Positions 15,680 through 25,219 of a stretch of 64,000 bases of DNA are shown here, piece after piece. The notes below the pieces were generated by a model, which saw nothing but the letters and a program-made list of their open reading frames with translations, was not told the origin of the DNA and did no database searches. The stretch lies in NCBI GenBank assembly GCA_017464805.1, contig JAFTYE010000016.1, positions 180,167-244,166 of the forward strand, read 5' to 3'. The position numbers and the translations under genes are program-made. Source of the stretch: Clostridia bacterium. Its GTDB lineage: Bacteria; Bacillota; Clostridia; Oscillospirales; CAG-272. Position 1 is the first letter of the stretch. Every line of letters begins with the position of its first letter.

Positions 15680-17611
15680 ATGCAGGTTTACCGGAATTTT
15701 CGTGATATTCCGAATCCCCTACAAGTCAAAAAGACCGCCCTTACCGAAAAAAGGGCGGCCCTGTTTGCTGCCTTTCCGCGCCGTGAGCAGCTTCGCTTTG
15801 AGATCTCCATTGACCCCGCGTTTGCCACCTGCTCCGCCTTTCTGCGTGTTCACTCGGATGACGACGGGCGTGTGATGGAATTTCCGTTTCGACGGATAGA
15901 GGCGGAAGAGCTTGATTTTTTAACGCGTGACCGCTTCGCCGTGTCCGTGTCGGGGGCCGAGCTGTGCAGTAACGCGCAGGACGGCCTGTTCTACTATCAT
16001 GTCGTCGCAGACACCGCTTACGGTCGCCTCTACTCGCACGGAGAGGATATTTCCGAATATGCGTGGTTTTCGGATGATGAGAGCTTTGCACAAGCCTATC
16101 AGCTCACCATTTACCGTGACGACTTCACCACACCCGATTTTTTGAAGACGGGTGTCATGTACCAGATCTTCGTTGATCGCTTTTTTCGTGGCGGAAACGC
16201 CGATCCCCGCGCGGACGTGGAGATGGCCCCCTCGTGGGATGCCGAGATTACACAGTATCCCGCCTACCCGGGTGCGCCTCTGAAAAATAACCTATTCTAC
16301 GGAGGTGATCTGGACGGTGTACGGCAAAAGCTCCCATATCTACGCTCTCTTGGCGTGACTGTATTGTATCTATGTCCGATCTTTGAGGCCTACTCCAACC
16401 ACAAATACGACACGGGCGATTATATGCGCGTAGATGAAATGTTTGGTGGCCGTGCTGCTCTTGACCGTCTGCTTGCAGAGGCAAAACAGCAGGAAATGAC
16501 AGTGCTACTTGACGGTGTTTTCAACCATACGGGGGCGATCAGTTGCTACTTCAACATCGATGGACGCTACAGCGCAGAGGGAGCATATCAATCCACCGCC
16601 TCACCGTATTATCCGTGGTATACTTTCCAATCCTACCCAGACCAATACACCTGCTGGTGGGGTGTGAAGATCCTGCCGACTGTTGACTCCTCCAACCCCG
16701 ATTATATTCGTTTCGTGACGGGCAAGGACGGCGTGGCTGATACCTATCTTGCGGCAGGAATTGGCGGCTTCCGTCTTGATGTGGCGGATGAGCTGCATCC
16801 GGATTTTCTCCGTGCGCTCCGCCGTCGTATCAAGGGGTATTCCCGAGAAAATGCCGTGATCGGCGAGGTCTGGGAGGATGCCAGCAATAAGGAAGCCTAT
16901 GGAAAACGGCGTCGGTATTTTCGAGGCGAGGAGCTGGATTCCGTGATGAACTATCCTCTAAAAAATGCTATCGTGCAGTATCTGCTACAAGGGGGTGCAC
17001 AGGAGTTTTCTGCCGTTACGCGGACGATCTACGCGCATTATCCTAAATTCGTCAGCGAGTCGCTGATGAACCTTCTCGGCACGCACGACACAGTCCGTAT
17101 CCTGACCATTCTTGGCGGTAAGGACGTGACTGGTCTTTCCTATGAGCAGATGAAGGATATCCGTCTTGATGAAGAGGAACGCATGCTTGGTCTGCGTCGT
17201 CTGCGTTTGGCCTACGCCATTCTCTCCGTTATGCCCGGTATTCCCTGTATCTATTATGGTGACGAGGCGGGAATGGAGGGGGCAAAGGATCCTTTTAACC
17301 GTCGTACTTTCCCATGGGGCAGAGAGGAGAATGGGCTTCTATCCTTTTACCGACAGATGGGAAAACTACGAGCGGATGCATCGGATATCCTTGCGCGCGG
17401 CTATTATGAAGTTCCGTATGCCGAAGGCGAGCATCTTGTTCTTTCGCGAGAAGGGGAAACGGGGCGTATTTTGTTGCTAGTGAACGCCGGAAATACACCT
17501 TTTTCCTATCCCGTGTCGGGCTCTTGTGCCGATCTTATGACGCAATTGCCTGTGAGTGGTGAAAAGGTTGTGCCGCCGCTTGATTTTTGCCTTCTGCGCG
17601 TTTCCTTTTAA
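15680..17611 (+). CDS. GH13 alpha-amylase-family enzyme (neopullulanase/amylopullulanase-like, cytoplasmic)
   Basis: GH13 regions I-IV: DGVFNHTG, GFRLDVADEL, GEVWED, LLGTHD. No signal peptide. Confidence 0.88.
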   Translation: MQVYRNFRDIPNPLQVKKTALTEKRAALFAAFPRREQLRFEISIDPAFATCSAFLRVHSDDDGRVMEFPFRRIEAEELDFLTRDRFAVSVSGAELCSNAQDGLFYYHVVADTAYGRLYSHGEDISEYAWFSDDESFAQAYQLTIYRDDFTTPDFLKTGVMYQIFVDRFFRGGNADPRADVEMAPSWDAEITQYPAYPGAPLKNNLFYGGDLDGVRQKLPYLRSLGVTVLYLCPIFEAYSNHKYDTGDYMRVDEMFGGRAALDRLLAEAKQQEMTVLLDGVFNHTGAISCYFNIDGRYSAEGAYQSTASPYYPWYTFQSYPDQYTCWWGVKILPTVDSSNPDYIRFVTGKDGVADTYLAAGIGGFRLDVADELHPDFLRALRRRIKGYSRENAVIGEVWEDASNKEAYGKRRRYFRGEELDSVMNYPLKNAIVQYLLQGGAQEFSAVTRTIYAHYPKFVSESLMNLLGTHDTVRILTILGGKDVTGLSYEQMKDIRLDEEERMLGLRRLRLAYAILSVMPGIPCIYYGDEAGMEGAKDPFNRRTFPWGREENGLLSFYRQMGKLRADASDILARGYYEVPYAEGEHLVLSREGETGRILLLVNAGNTPFSYPVSGSCADLMTQLPVSGEKVVPPLDFCLLRVSF

Positions 17612-17643
17612 AAAAAGCCTTCCGATCTAGGAAGGCTTTTTTG
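17612..17643 (+). terminator. Rho-independent terminator ending the glg operon
   Basis: AGCCTTCC-loop-GGAAGGCT followed by TTTTTTG. Confidence 0.85.
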
Positions 17644-17654
17644 TGAACAAAGGG

Positions 17655-17683
17655 TTGATTTTTTATGAATAATATGATATAAT
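17655..17683 (+). promoter_or_regulatory. sigma-A promoter TTGATT-17-TATAAT (TGn extended)
   Basis: -35 at 17655-17660 and -10 at 17678-17683. Confidence 0.6.
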
Positions 17684-17738
17684 ATAGCATATATCGTGTT
17701 TATACGACACCAATCTTGCGAACCAAGAGGATGAAAGT

Positions 17739-18788
17739 ATGGAACAACACAAAAAGGACGGCTACTTGATGATGGTCGACGTAGCCGAGGAAGTTTCCGT
17801 GTCCCCTACAAAAAGAGAGAAAAAGGCACTTAAAAAGAAGCAGAAGGCTGCCATGAAGGCCGCCATGGAGCAGGAAAAGCAAAAGAGACGTGAGGAAAAA
17901 GGCTCAGTTAAAAAGAAACGGAGATGGCATTTCGGTGATCGTGCAGACGGACGTAAGCTCCGTACGCTAGAGCCTGCGGCGCGCATCTCGCCTTATATCA
18001 TGCACGTCCGCTCGGATTCGCAGAATCACTTTGAAGACGAGATCGACATAACCGAAATTGAAAATTACCTCCGTGAAAAGCGGAAGGAGGGCATGAAAAA
18101 TCTCGGTATTCTACATATTATCATCGCCGCCTACGTGCGTGCGGTGTCCCAACGTCCCGCCATTAACCGCTTTATTGCGGGTAACAAGGTCTATGCCAGA
18201 AAAAATATCGAAGTGGTCATGACCATCAAGAAAAAGCTTTCCACTACCTCGCCCGATACGACCATGAAGTGTATCTTTGAGCCGACAGATACGATCGCCG
18301 ATGTATATGAAAAGTGGAATGCCGAGGCTCTTAAGGCTGTTGGCACGGGGGAAGAGACGGCATTTGACAATACGGCCAAGCTGCTCAATTATATCCCTGG
18401 ATTTTTGTTGAAATACACCATCAAATTCTTGCGGCTTCTGGATTATTACGGCATGCTTCCGCGTGCACTGACCAAGGTCAGCCCCTTCCACGGCTCTATG
18501 GTCATCACCAGTATGGGTAGTCTTGGTATCGGCCCGATTTACCACCACCTGTACGATTTCGGCAACCTACCCGTGTTCCTCTGCTACGGCAAAAAGTATT
18601 CCAAGATCGTATTCAAGGAAGACGGCTCGTTTGAAAAACGCTATTTCGTTGGTTTCCGCGCCGTAACGGATGAGCGTATCTGTGACGGATACTATTATGC
18701 TTCCGCATTTAAGACCGTCATGCGCTACATCAAGGATCCTACCATTTTGGAAACGCCCCCCGAACAAGTCCTCGAAGATATTGACTGA
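17739..18788 (+). CDS. 2-oxoacid-dehydrogenase E2 / CAT-fold acyltransferase-like protein with a polybasic N-terminus
   Basis: The C-terminal motif DERICDG aligns with the E2 motif DHRxxDG. The GSMVITSMGSLGIGP segment resembles the E2 GTFTISNLG region. The N-terminus contains KREKKALKKKQKAAMKAAMEQEKQKRREEKGSVKKKRR. Confidence 0.65.
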   Translation: MEQHKKDGYLMMVDVAEEVSVSPTKREKKALKKKQKAAMKAAMEQEKQKRREEKGSVKKKRRWHFGDRADGRKLRTLEPAARISPYIMHVRSDSQNHFEDEIDITEIENYLREKRKEGMKNLGILHIIIAAYVRAVSQRPAINRFIAGNKVYARKNIEVVMTIKKKLSTTSPDTTMKCIFEPTDTIADVYEKWNAEALKAVGTGEETAFDNTAKLLNYIPGFLLKYTIKFLRLLDYYGMLPRALTKVSPFHGSMVITSMGSLGIGPIYHHLYDFGNLPVFLCYGKKYSKIVFKEDGSFEKRYFVGFRAVTDERICDGYYYASAFKTVMRYIKDPTILETPPEQVLEDID

Positions 18789-18797
18789 TACAACATG

Positions 18798-18830
18798 GCA
18801 AGCACCAAAAGGTGCTTGCTACTTGTTTTC
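18798..18830 (+). terminator. hairpin with a weak T-tract (partial terminator or attenuator)
   Basis: GCAAGCACC-AAAA-GGTGCTTGC followed by TACTTGTTTTC. Confidence 0.5.
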
Positions 18831-18851
18831 TCAAAAACCGGAGGAAAATTC

Positions 18852-20687
18852 ATGGCAGCTGATTTATCTTGCAAAACAATAACGTCCTTTTGCGGGGATG
18901 TGTTGCCCCTTCATCTCAGCTTTGACAGCCAGGAGCATAAAACGCTCGCCCAAGCCGATATTTCCTGGTATTCGGACAATACCGCGGTTCGTGTACGCGA
19001 TTTTGCGGGCGAGGATCGCATGTGCTTTCGTAACGGTGTCCTTCTTGAGCTTTGTTCTGTCGGAAACGCTACCGTAACGGCTACGTATGAGGGACAGGAA
19101 TATACCTGCGCGGTCACCGTAGTCGAGCCCAAGACCTGTACGTCCGAGGAGGCGACCGAATATTACGTCGGCGACCTGCACGATCATACCTCTGTCATCC
19201 ACGGACACGACGATTTTGCAGACCGTGACTGCGAATTCCAATCCGAATACATAGACTATATCAAAAAAGAAAACCTTATTGATTTTGGCGTCATCTCCGA
19301 TCATGCGGGTGTTATCAACGACACCGACTTCTTCCGTGGCTTTACGGAGGAGAGAAAAGCCCAACCCATGGATGTTATTGTGTTCCCGGGTGTGGAGGCG
19401 GAGGTCACCTTCCGCGAAACCGACCGCTTTGGAATTTTGCACAATAACGGCGGCGAGATCGTTACCTTTAACTCCGCGGGGTACTCGGATGCCAAGTCCT
19501 TTGAGGAGTTTATTTCGGCTTACAAGGACAGTCCTGCACCTGTTGCCGTTTTTGCACATCCGCAGATCATCGGTTTTAGCACACAAGGTGTGTGGAACTT
19601 CTCTTATGACAAGAACAACACCCCCGAAATGCTACGCCTTATCCGCGGTATCGAAATGGGAGACGGCAGCGATCGCCAGCAAAACCTCATTCACGAATAT
19701 GTCTATTCGGTAGCACTGGATAACGGCTTCCGCATCAGCACCACTTGTTCCAGTGATTCTCACGGCAATCCCGCTTTTGACGGCGGAACGCGGTGGGGAT
19801 ACCAGCGTTTCCCGGGGAAAACGATCATTATGGCGCGCGAAAAGTCCAAGGAGGCCTTTATAGACGCTCTGAGACATAATCGCTTTTACGGTTCGGAAAG
19901 CGGCAACCTCAAGATCCGCTATACCGTCAACGGCTCGACAGCTCCCGCCGATCTTGTACCGAGCGACACCTATCACTTCGCGGTCAGCTTGTCTTACTTC
20001 CATGATGATCTCACCTCGTGCCCGATAGGTTGCCGCGTGATCTCGGACGGGGGTGAAACGCTCCTGACCCTGACAGACATTGATTTCTCTAATTTCAGCT
20101 TCGATATTACTGCGCCCGATGCCCGTTATTTCTATCTCCGCTTTGTCGACGAGAAGGGAAGAAGGACCTGGTCCGTTCCCGTATGGACGGGGCGTCCCTT
20201 TGAAAAAAAGGGAGTCCTCGCCCTCACTCCCGTGTCGGTAGATGGCTTTACGGTGATCGATACAGTTAGCGGCAAGGATGCCGCCGTTGCCATCGACGGC
20301 GATCCCGCAAACACTTGGATCGCCGAAGGGGAAACTGCCTCTCTTGTGGTGGATATGCAGTCCGAGTATGAGATTTCCGCTGTAGGGCTGTATCCACGGA
20401 TCATCAATCGCGTACTGCCAAGTGTCGATCCCAAATGGAGTGCACTCCCGTTTATGGCAAGCCTCGCCACGGAATACGCACTTTCCGTCAGCCTTGACGG
20501 TGAACATTATAAAACGTGTGCAAAGGGAATCTGCCGCGTTTTTGGTGCAGAAAACATCATTTCTTTTCCGAAATGCCGCGCCCGCTATATGCGTCTTGAT
20601 CTCCTGTCTACCGTCGGACGCGACCTTGCACCGCGTGGCTTTGAGGGAGAAAAGCTTGCCATCGGTAACCTCTCAATATTTGCATAA
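18852..20687 (+). CDS. Big_2-like Ig domain + PHP/CehA-McbA-type metallophosphoesterase + C-terminal F5/8 type C (discoidin/CBM32-like) domain
   Basis: GGAGG SD before the ATG at 18852. Motifs are YYVGDLHDHTSV (PHP), ISWYSDNTAVRV...GNATVTATYEG (Big_2) and AIDGDPANTWIAEGE (discoidin). No signal peptide. Confidence 0.65.
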   Translation: MAADLSCKTITSFCGDVLPLHLSFDSQEHKTLAQADISWYSDNTAVRVRDFAGEDRMCFRNGVLLELCSVGNATVTATYEGQEYTCAVTVVEPKTCTSEEATEYYVGDLHDHTSVIHGHDDFADRDCEFQSEYIDYIKKENLIDFGVISDHAGVINDTDFFRGFTEERKAQPMDVIVFPGVEAEVTFRETDRFGILHNNGGEIVTFNSAGYSDAKSFEEFISAYKDSPAPVAVFAHPQIIGFSTQGVWNFSYDKNNTPEMLRLIRGIEMGDGSDRQQNLIHEYVYSVALDNGFRISTTCSSDSHGNPAFDGGTRWGYQRFPGKTIIMAREKSKEAFIDALRHNRFYGSESGNLKIRYTVNGSTAPADLVPSDTYHFAVSLSYFHDDLTSCPIGCRVISDGGETLLTLTDIDFSNFSFDITAPDARYFYLRFVDEKGRRTWSVPVWTGRPFEKKGVLALTPVSVDGFTVIDTVSGKDAAVAIDGDPANTWIAEGETASLVVDMQSEYEISAVGLYPRIINRVLPSVDPKWSALPFMASLATEYALSVSLDGEHYKTCAKGICRVFGAENIISFPKCRARYMRLDLLSTVGRDLAPRGFEGEKLAIGNLSIFA

Positions 20688-20727
20688 AAAGAACGGTTTG
20701 GAAAAATCCAAACCGTTCTTTTGTTTT
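20687..20727. terminator. bidirectional Rho-independent terminator
   Basis: GAACGGTTTGG-loop-CCAAACCGTTC with A/T flanks between convergent genes. Confidence 0.85.
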
Positions 20728-21569
20728 CAAAATTTCCCGGGTGATGTACCAAAGTGCGCGTAAAAATGCTTATAAAATTGTCCCTTGCCTGTATATCCGA
20801 CGCGCTCAATCACCTCGTCAACCGATAGTTTTCCGTCAGAGAGTAGCTCGGCGGCGTATTCCATGCGCCGCTCGCGGATATATTCTTTGAGGCTCTTGCC
20901 GTAAACCGCCTTAAAAACACGGCCAAGATAGGCGGGGTTGTAAAAGCAATGCTTGGCAAGCGCATCAGCCGTCACGGGGCCTGTGAAATGCTCATCCAGA
21001 TAGGCGAGAATTTCCTCTGTGAGGAGTTGTGCGCGATCCGCGTAAGTAGCGGAGCTTTCCATCAGCGCGCGGATCAATTTGCTGAACAAAAGCTGCATGT
21101 ATCCGTTTAAGACAAAGCGGTGACAGGGCTTTTTCTCCTCCGCTTCCTTGTGCATGTTGGCAATCAAGTGCTCGATTTCCGTCCTCTCGGCACCGAAAAA
21201 GCGCACGCACGAGGTTTTCCTGCGTTGAAGCTCTTCCGCACCCTCGGGTAAAAATAGCAGAAAAATATCGTCGATATTTTCGGAATTAACAAAATTTTCG
21301 GCGATGAACTCGGGCTTGACAAGAAACTGATAGAAGGTCAACGTGCTGTCAACCGTGATGGCATGCACCTCGCCGTAGTTGATGAACAAAAGATCGCCGC
21401 GGCGTGCGGGATAGGGAATACCATTGATATAGTGGGTGCCGTTTCCTGCGGCTGTGTAAACAAGCTCGATAAAATCATGGGTATGCTCCGGCTCATGCGT
21501 GCCTGTCTCACGCACCGAACGCTCTACCACGATGCCAAGCTTATCGGTTACTTCAAAACGCTTCATCAT
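20727..21569 (-). CDS. AraC-family transcriptional regulator (N-terminal cupin, C-terminal HTH)
   Basis: Cupin segment HTHDFIELVYTAAGNGTHYING and AraC HTH segment LKEYIRERRMEYAAELL...GYTGKGQFYKHF. A GGGGGGA SD favours the ATG at 21569. Confidence 0.88.
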   Translation of the reverse strand: MMKRFEVTDKLGIVVERSVRETGTHEPEHTHDFIELVYTAAGNGTHYINGIPYPARRGDLLFINYGEVHAITVDSTLTFYQFLVKPEFIAENFVNSENIDDIFLLFLPEGAEELQRRKTSCVRFFGAERTEIEHLIANMHKEAEEKKPCHRFVLNGYMQLLFSKLIRALMESSATYADRAQLLTEEILAYLDEHFTGPVTADALAKHCFYNPAYLGRVFKAVYGKSLKEYIRERRMEYAAELLSDGKLSVDEVIERVGYTGKGQFYKHFYAHFGTSPGKF

Positions 21570-21719
21570 ATCCCCCCCGATTCTTTTTTTCCATTTTATC
21601 AAAAAAATAGTTATCCTGCAAGTATAAATTGTATAAAAAGAAGAAAAGATGTATCCTTTTGCTATTGTAGGATGAGAAAATCCGTGCTACAATAAAAATA
21701 CCCGAAAGGAGGGTACATC

Positions 21720-23270
21720 ATGGATCTGAAAATCAGTGCATATCTTGACAAAATGCGGGCTTGCTGGCTCGGTAAAAATATCGGCGGCACGCTCGGCGCA
21801 CCCTTTGAGAGTCAGCGGGGTGTGATTGACCTCGATTATTATACCCACGACCTTTCGCTTGGTGTTCTGCCCAATGATGACCTCGACCTCCAACTCGCCT
21901 TTTTGATAGCCTGTGAGGCCTACGGCAAAAACGTCAATTCTGAGGTGCTAGCAAACTACTGGCTCACCCACATTTTTCCAGACGTCGGAGAGTATGGCAT
22001 GGGGAAGAGAAATCTGCGTGCGGGCATTCTCCCATCCGCCTCGGGCAAGCATCACAATTCCTTTGGCCAAAGCAATGGTGCATGGATCCGTAGCGAGATC
22101 TGGGCGTGCCTGAATCCGGGACACCCCGAGCTTGCCGCGCACTATGCCTATGAAGATGCCTGCGTCGATCACTTCGGCGAGGGGATTTACGCAGAGGTGT
22201 TTTGTGCCGCTATACAGAGTGCCGCATTTGTGGAATCCGACATGGAGCTGTTGATCGACATTGGTCTTTCCTATATTCCTGCGGATTGTGGCATTGCAAG
22301 AGTTGTTGAATTTGTGAGAAAATGTGCGGCAGACAAATCCCTTAATTGGAAGATCGCTCGCAAAAAGCTTCTGCAAGCCTTCCCGTCCTCCTTCGGCTCG
22401 CGTCCTCTGCCCGGACAGAAACTGGATCCCGAGGTTCCGTTCGGCCCCCACGGCTATGACGCACCTGCCAACATCGGTATCGTTCTGCTGGGGCACTATT
22501 ACGGCGGTGGCGATTTCTCTCGTGCCATTTGTATTACCGCGGGCTGTTGTGAGGATGCCGACTGTACGACAGGCACGCTCGGCGCGTTGTACGGTATCAT
22601 TGGTGGTACCGCCTCCATCCATGAAAAATGGCTTGCTCCCATTGGGGATGAGATCAAAACAAAATACGTCGATACCACCAAGCTTCACGTTGCCAAAACG
22701 GTTACTGAGCTGACTGAACGTATTTTGCACCTAATGCCCGTTTTTTTGCATGCGCGTTACTGGGAAGGCAAAATGCAGAAAAACATCAGCATCGGCGAAA
22801 ACGGCGAGCTGACCATTCATGCCAAGGAAGGTAGAGCCCTTGCTTGTCCCGCGAAGGAGCTCGGCTACCGTAAGGTAGAATATTTCCGCGACACGCTTTA
22901 TGCCGACCGCATGTGCATCCGTCGAGAAAGTCCGTTCTTTGAGGTGCGCGCTATCACGGATACGCTGGATTTGGAGGAAGGAAAGCCCTTTGTGATAGAC
23001 TTGGACATCCTCGGCAAGTATGGGTATTTCCAACGCTCGGATTGGAACACAGTGATCCTGCACTTGCCTGCGGAATGGGAGACACCCGATGGCAGAGAGG
23101 TTATGTTCCAGATGGATCTGCCGTGGCATAAGAAGTTCTATACGATCTCCTTCGTCCCGAGGGAGCTTAAACAGGCAAGCTATGAGGTCATGCTGGAGAT
23201 CCGCCTCGCTACATTTCCCTCGCGGATTTACATTCCGTTAACCCTCACAAGAATGTTGAAACCGAGATAA
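21720..23270 (+). CDS. ADP-ribosylglycohydrolase-family protein fused to a C-terminal domain of about 190 aa with unknown function
   Basis: ARH motifs GGTLGAPFES, NDDLDLQ and CCEDADCTTGTLGALYG. AAAGGAGGG SD. Confidence 0.75.
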   Translation: MDLKISAYLDKMRACWLGKNIGGTLGAPFESQRGVIDLDYYTHDLSLGVLPNDDLDLQLAFLIACEAYGKNVNSEVLANYWLTHIFPDVGEYGMGKRNLRAGILPSASGKHHNSFGQSNGAWIRSEIWACLNPGHPELAAHYAYEDACVDHFGEGIYAEVFCAAIQSAAFVESDMELLIDIGLSYIPADCGIARVVEFVRKCAADKSLNWKIARKKLLQAFPSSFGSRPLPGQKLDPEVPFGPHGYDAPANIGIVLLGHYYGGGDFSRAICITAGCCEDADCTTGTLGALYGIIGGTASIHEKWLAPIGDEIKTKYVDTTKLHVAKTVTELTERILHLMPVFLHARYWEGKMQKNISIGENGELTIHAKEGRALACPAKELGYRKVEYFRDTLYADRMCIRRESPFFEVRAITDTLDLEEGKPFVIDLDILGKYGYFQRSDWNTVILHLPAEWETPDGREVMFQMDLPWHKKFYTISFVPRELKQASYEVMLEIRLATFPSRIYIPLTLTRMLKPR

Positions 23271-23306
23271 AAAACAAGGCAGGTTGTCGACCTGCCTTGT
23301 TTTTTA
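23270..23306. terminator. bidirectional Rho-independent terminator
   Basis: CAAGGCAGGT-loop-ACCTGCCTTG with A/T flanks. Confidence 0.85.
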
Positions 23307-24596
23307 TTCGACTTTTTTGCGCTTGATGGTCGGTTCGGATTTCTTTCCGAGAACGTAATCGCCGGTGACGGTTACCTTCTTGATCGTGGGATCGGAAGGA
23401 ATCTCATACATCAGCTTCATCATCACACCCTCCATAATCGAGCGCAGGCCGCGCGCGCCGCCCTCTCGCTCAATGGCAAGGGAAGCAATCGCCTCGTATG
23501 CGTCATCGGTAAAGGAAAGCGTTACGCCGTCCAAAGAAAAGAGCTTTTCGTACTGCTTGGAAAGTGAATTCTTCGGCTCCTTGATGATACGTACCAAAGC
23601 ATCCTTATCCAGATTTTCAAGCGACACGATGACAGGCAATCTGCCTACCAGCTCGGGGATGATACCGAACTTCATGACATCGTGTGCCGTCGCATCGCGA
23701 AAAACACCGCGCTCGACCTTTTCCTTCTTTCCGGCAACCTCGCCGCCAAATCCAATGGCACTCTTGCCCTTGCGACGCTCGATGATCTTTTCAAGACCGT
23801 CAAAGGCACCGCCGCAGATAAAGAGTATGTTTTCCGTATGGATCTGAATAAATTCCTGGTTCGGATGTTTTCGGCCGCCCTGCGGCGGTACGTTTGCAAC
23901 CGTGCCTTCGAGAATTTTCAAAAGTGCCTGCTGAACGCCCTCGCCCGATACATCTCGTGTGATCGAGGTGTTCTCACCCTTGCGGGAGATCTTGTCAATC
24001 TCATCAATATAAATGATGCCCTTTTCGGCAAGCTCTACGTTGTAGTCGGCAGCTTGGATCAAACGGAGAAGAATATTCTCTACGTCCTCACCCACGTAGC
24101 CTGCTTCGGTTAAGGTCGTTGCATCCGCGATCGCGAAGGGAACCTTGAAGCTGCGAGCCAGCGTCTGTGCAAGATAGGTCTTGCCCACGCCCGTTGGGCC
24201 GAGAAGAAGCACGTTGCTCTTTTGGATATCTACGTCCTCTTCGCCGTCCTGCTCATCCTCCCCCTTCTTTTCCTTGGAAAGAATGCGCTTGTAGTGGTTG
24301 TATACCGCTACGGAAAGCACGCGCTTTGCCTCGTCCTGTCCGATCACGTAGGTGTCCAGCATTTCCTTGATCTCCTTCGGCTTTGGAAGGGAATCATAGG
24401 AGAGCGGCTCTACCTTCGTCTCGACCTCTGCTTCCTCCTGCCCGCCTAAAAGATCGGCGCACACGCTGACGCAGTCGTCGCAAATATATACGTTACTTTG
24501 TCTCGGGGACGGAATCAGAACCAGAACCTGATGCTCCGTGCGTCCGCAAAAGGCACAACAACGGGGATCGCCTGTTTCGTGATTGGTGGGTGCCAT
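23304..24596 (-). CDS. clpX: ATP-dependent Clp protease ATP-binding subunit ClpX
   Basis: N-terminal C4 zinc finger (CAFCGR...CDDCV), Walker A GPTGVGKT and Walker [10 protein letters not shown]. Confidence 0.97.
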   Translation of the reverse strand: MAPTNHETGDPRCCAFCGRTEHQVLVLIPSPRQSNVYICDDCVSVCADLLGGQEEAEVETKVEPLSYDSLPKPKEIKEMLDTYVIGQDEAKRVLSVAVYNHYKRILSKEKKGEDEQDGEEDVDIQKSNVLLLGPTGVGKTYLAQTLARSFKVPFAIADATTLTEAGYVGEDVENILLRLIQAADYNVELAEKGIIYIDEIDKISRKGENTSITRDVSGEGVQQALLKILEGTVANVPPQGGRKHPNQEFIQIHTENILFICGGAFDGLEKIIERRKGKSAIGFGGEVAGKKEKVERGVFRDATAHDVMKFGIIPELVGRLPVIVSLENLDKDALVRIIKEPKNSLSKQYEKLFSLDGVTLSFTDDAYEAIASLAIEREGGARGLRSIMEGVMMKLMYEIPSDPTIKKVTVTGDYVLGKKSEPTIKRKKVE

Positions 24597-24607
24597 AGCG
24601 TACCTCG

Positions 24608-25192
24608 TTAATTTCTCTTGTCGATGACTTTGTCGATCAAACCGTATGCAGCGGCCTGATCTGCCGTCATGAAATTGTCACGCTCGGTGTCACGGACGAT
24701 CGTCTCAAAGTCCTGCCCCGTGCGCTCTGCCAGAATGCGATTCATCTTATCGCGGATTCGCAAGATGTGATCGGCATGGATCTTAATGTCCGATGCTTGC
24801 CCCTTCATGCCGCCAAGGGGTTGATGAATCATGATCTCGCTGTTCGGCAGGGCAATCCGCTTGCCCTTCGTGCCTGCCGCAAGAAGGAAGGCACCCATGC
24901 TTGCCGCCATGCCGATGCAGATGGTGGATACGTCGCACTTGATATAGTTCATCGTATCGTAGATCGCCATGCCTGCACTGATCGATCCGCCGGGGCTGTT
25001 GATGTAAAAATGAATGTCCTTGTCGGGATCTACCGATTCCAAATAGAGCATCTGTGCCACAACGAGAGATGCCGTGGTGTCATTCACCTCGTCAGCCAAG
25101 AAGATAATACGGTCATTGAGCAAGCGCGAGTAAATGTCAAACGAACGCTCGCCGCGGTTGGTTTCCTCCAATACCATTGGTACCAGTGCCAT
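24608..25192 (-). CDS. clpP: ATP-dependent Clp protease proteolytic subunit
   Basis: [11 protein letters not shown]...[11 protein letters not shown] contains the catalytic Ser, and MIHQP contains the catalytic His. Confidence 0.97.
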   Translation of the reverse strand: MALVPMVLEETNRGERSFDIYSRLLNDRIIFLADEVNDTTASLVVAQMLYLESVDPDKDIHFYINSPGGSISAGMAIYDTMNYIKCDVSTICIGMAASMGAFLLAAGTKGKRIALPNSEIMIHQPLGGMKGQASDIKIHADHILRIRDKMNRILAERTGQDFETIVRDTERDNFMTADQAAAYGLIDKVIDKRN

Positions 25193-25219
25193 GGGTTTCC
25201 TCCTTATGCGTAAAAACGG

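Noticed and set aside
19632-20507. Long antisense ORFs opposite confident genes: 19632-20507, 21948-22730, 25826-26542, 45221-46060, 49912-50622, 54202-55002, 59397-60347 and 60800-61513.
   Set aside because: Each is wholly embedded in a CDS with clear family motifs on the other strand. Each lacks an SD or promoter and has an atypical composition (Arg/Gly/His-rich). I treat them as frame artefacts, not overlapping genes.
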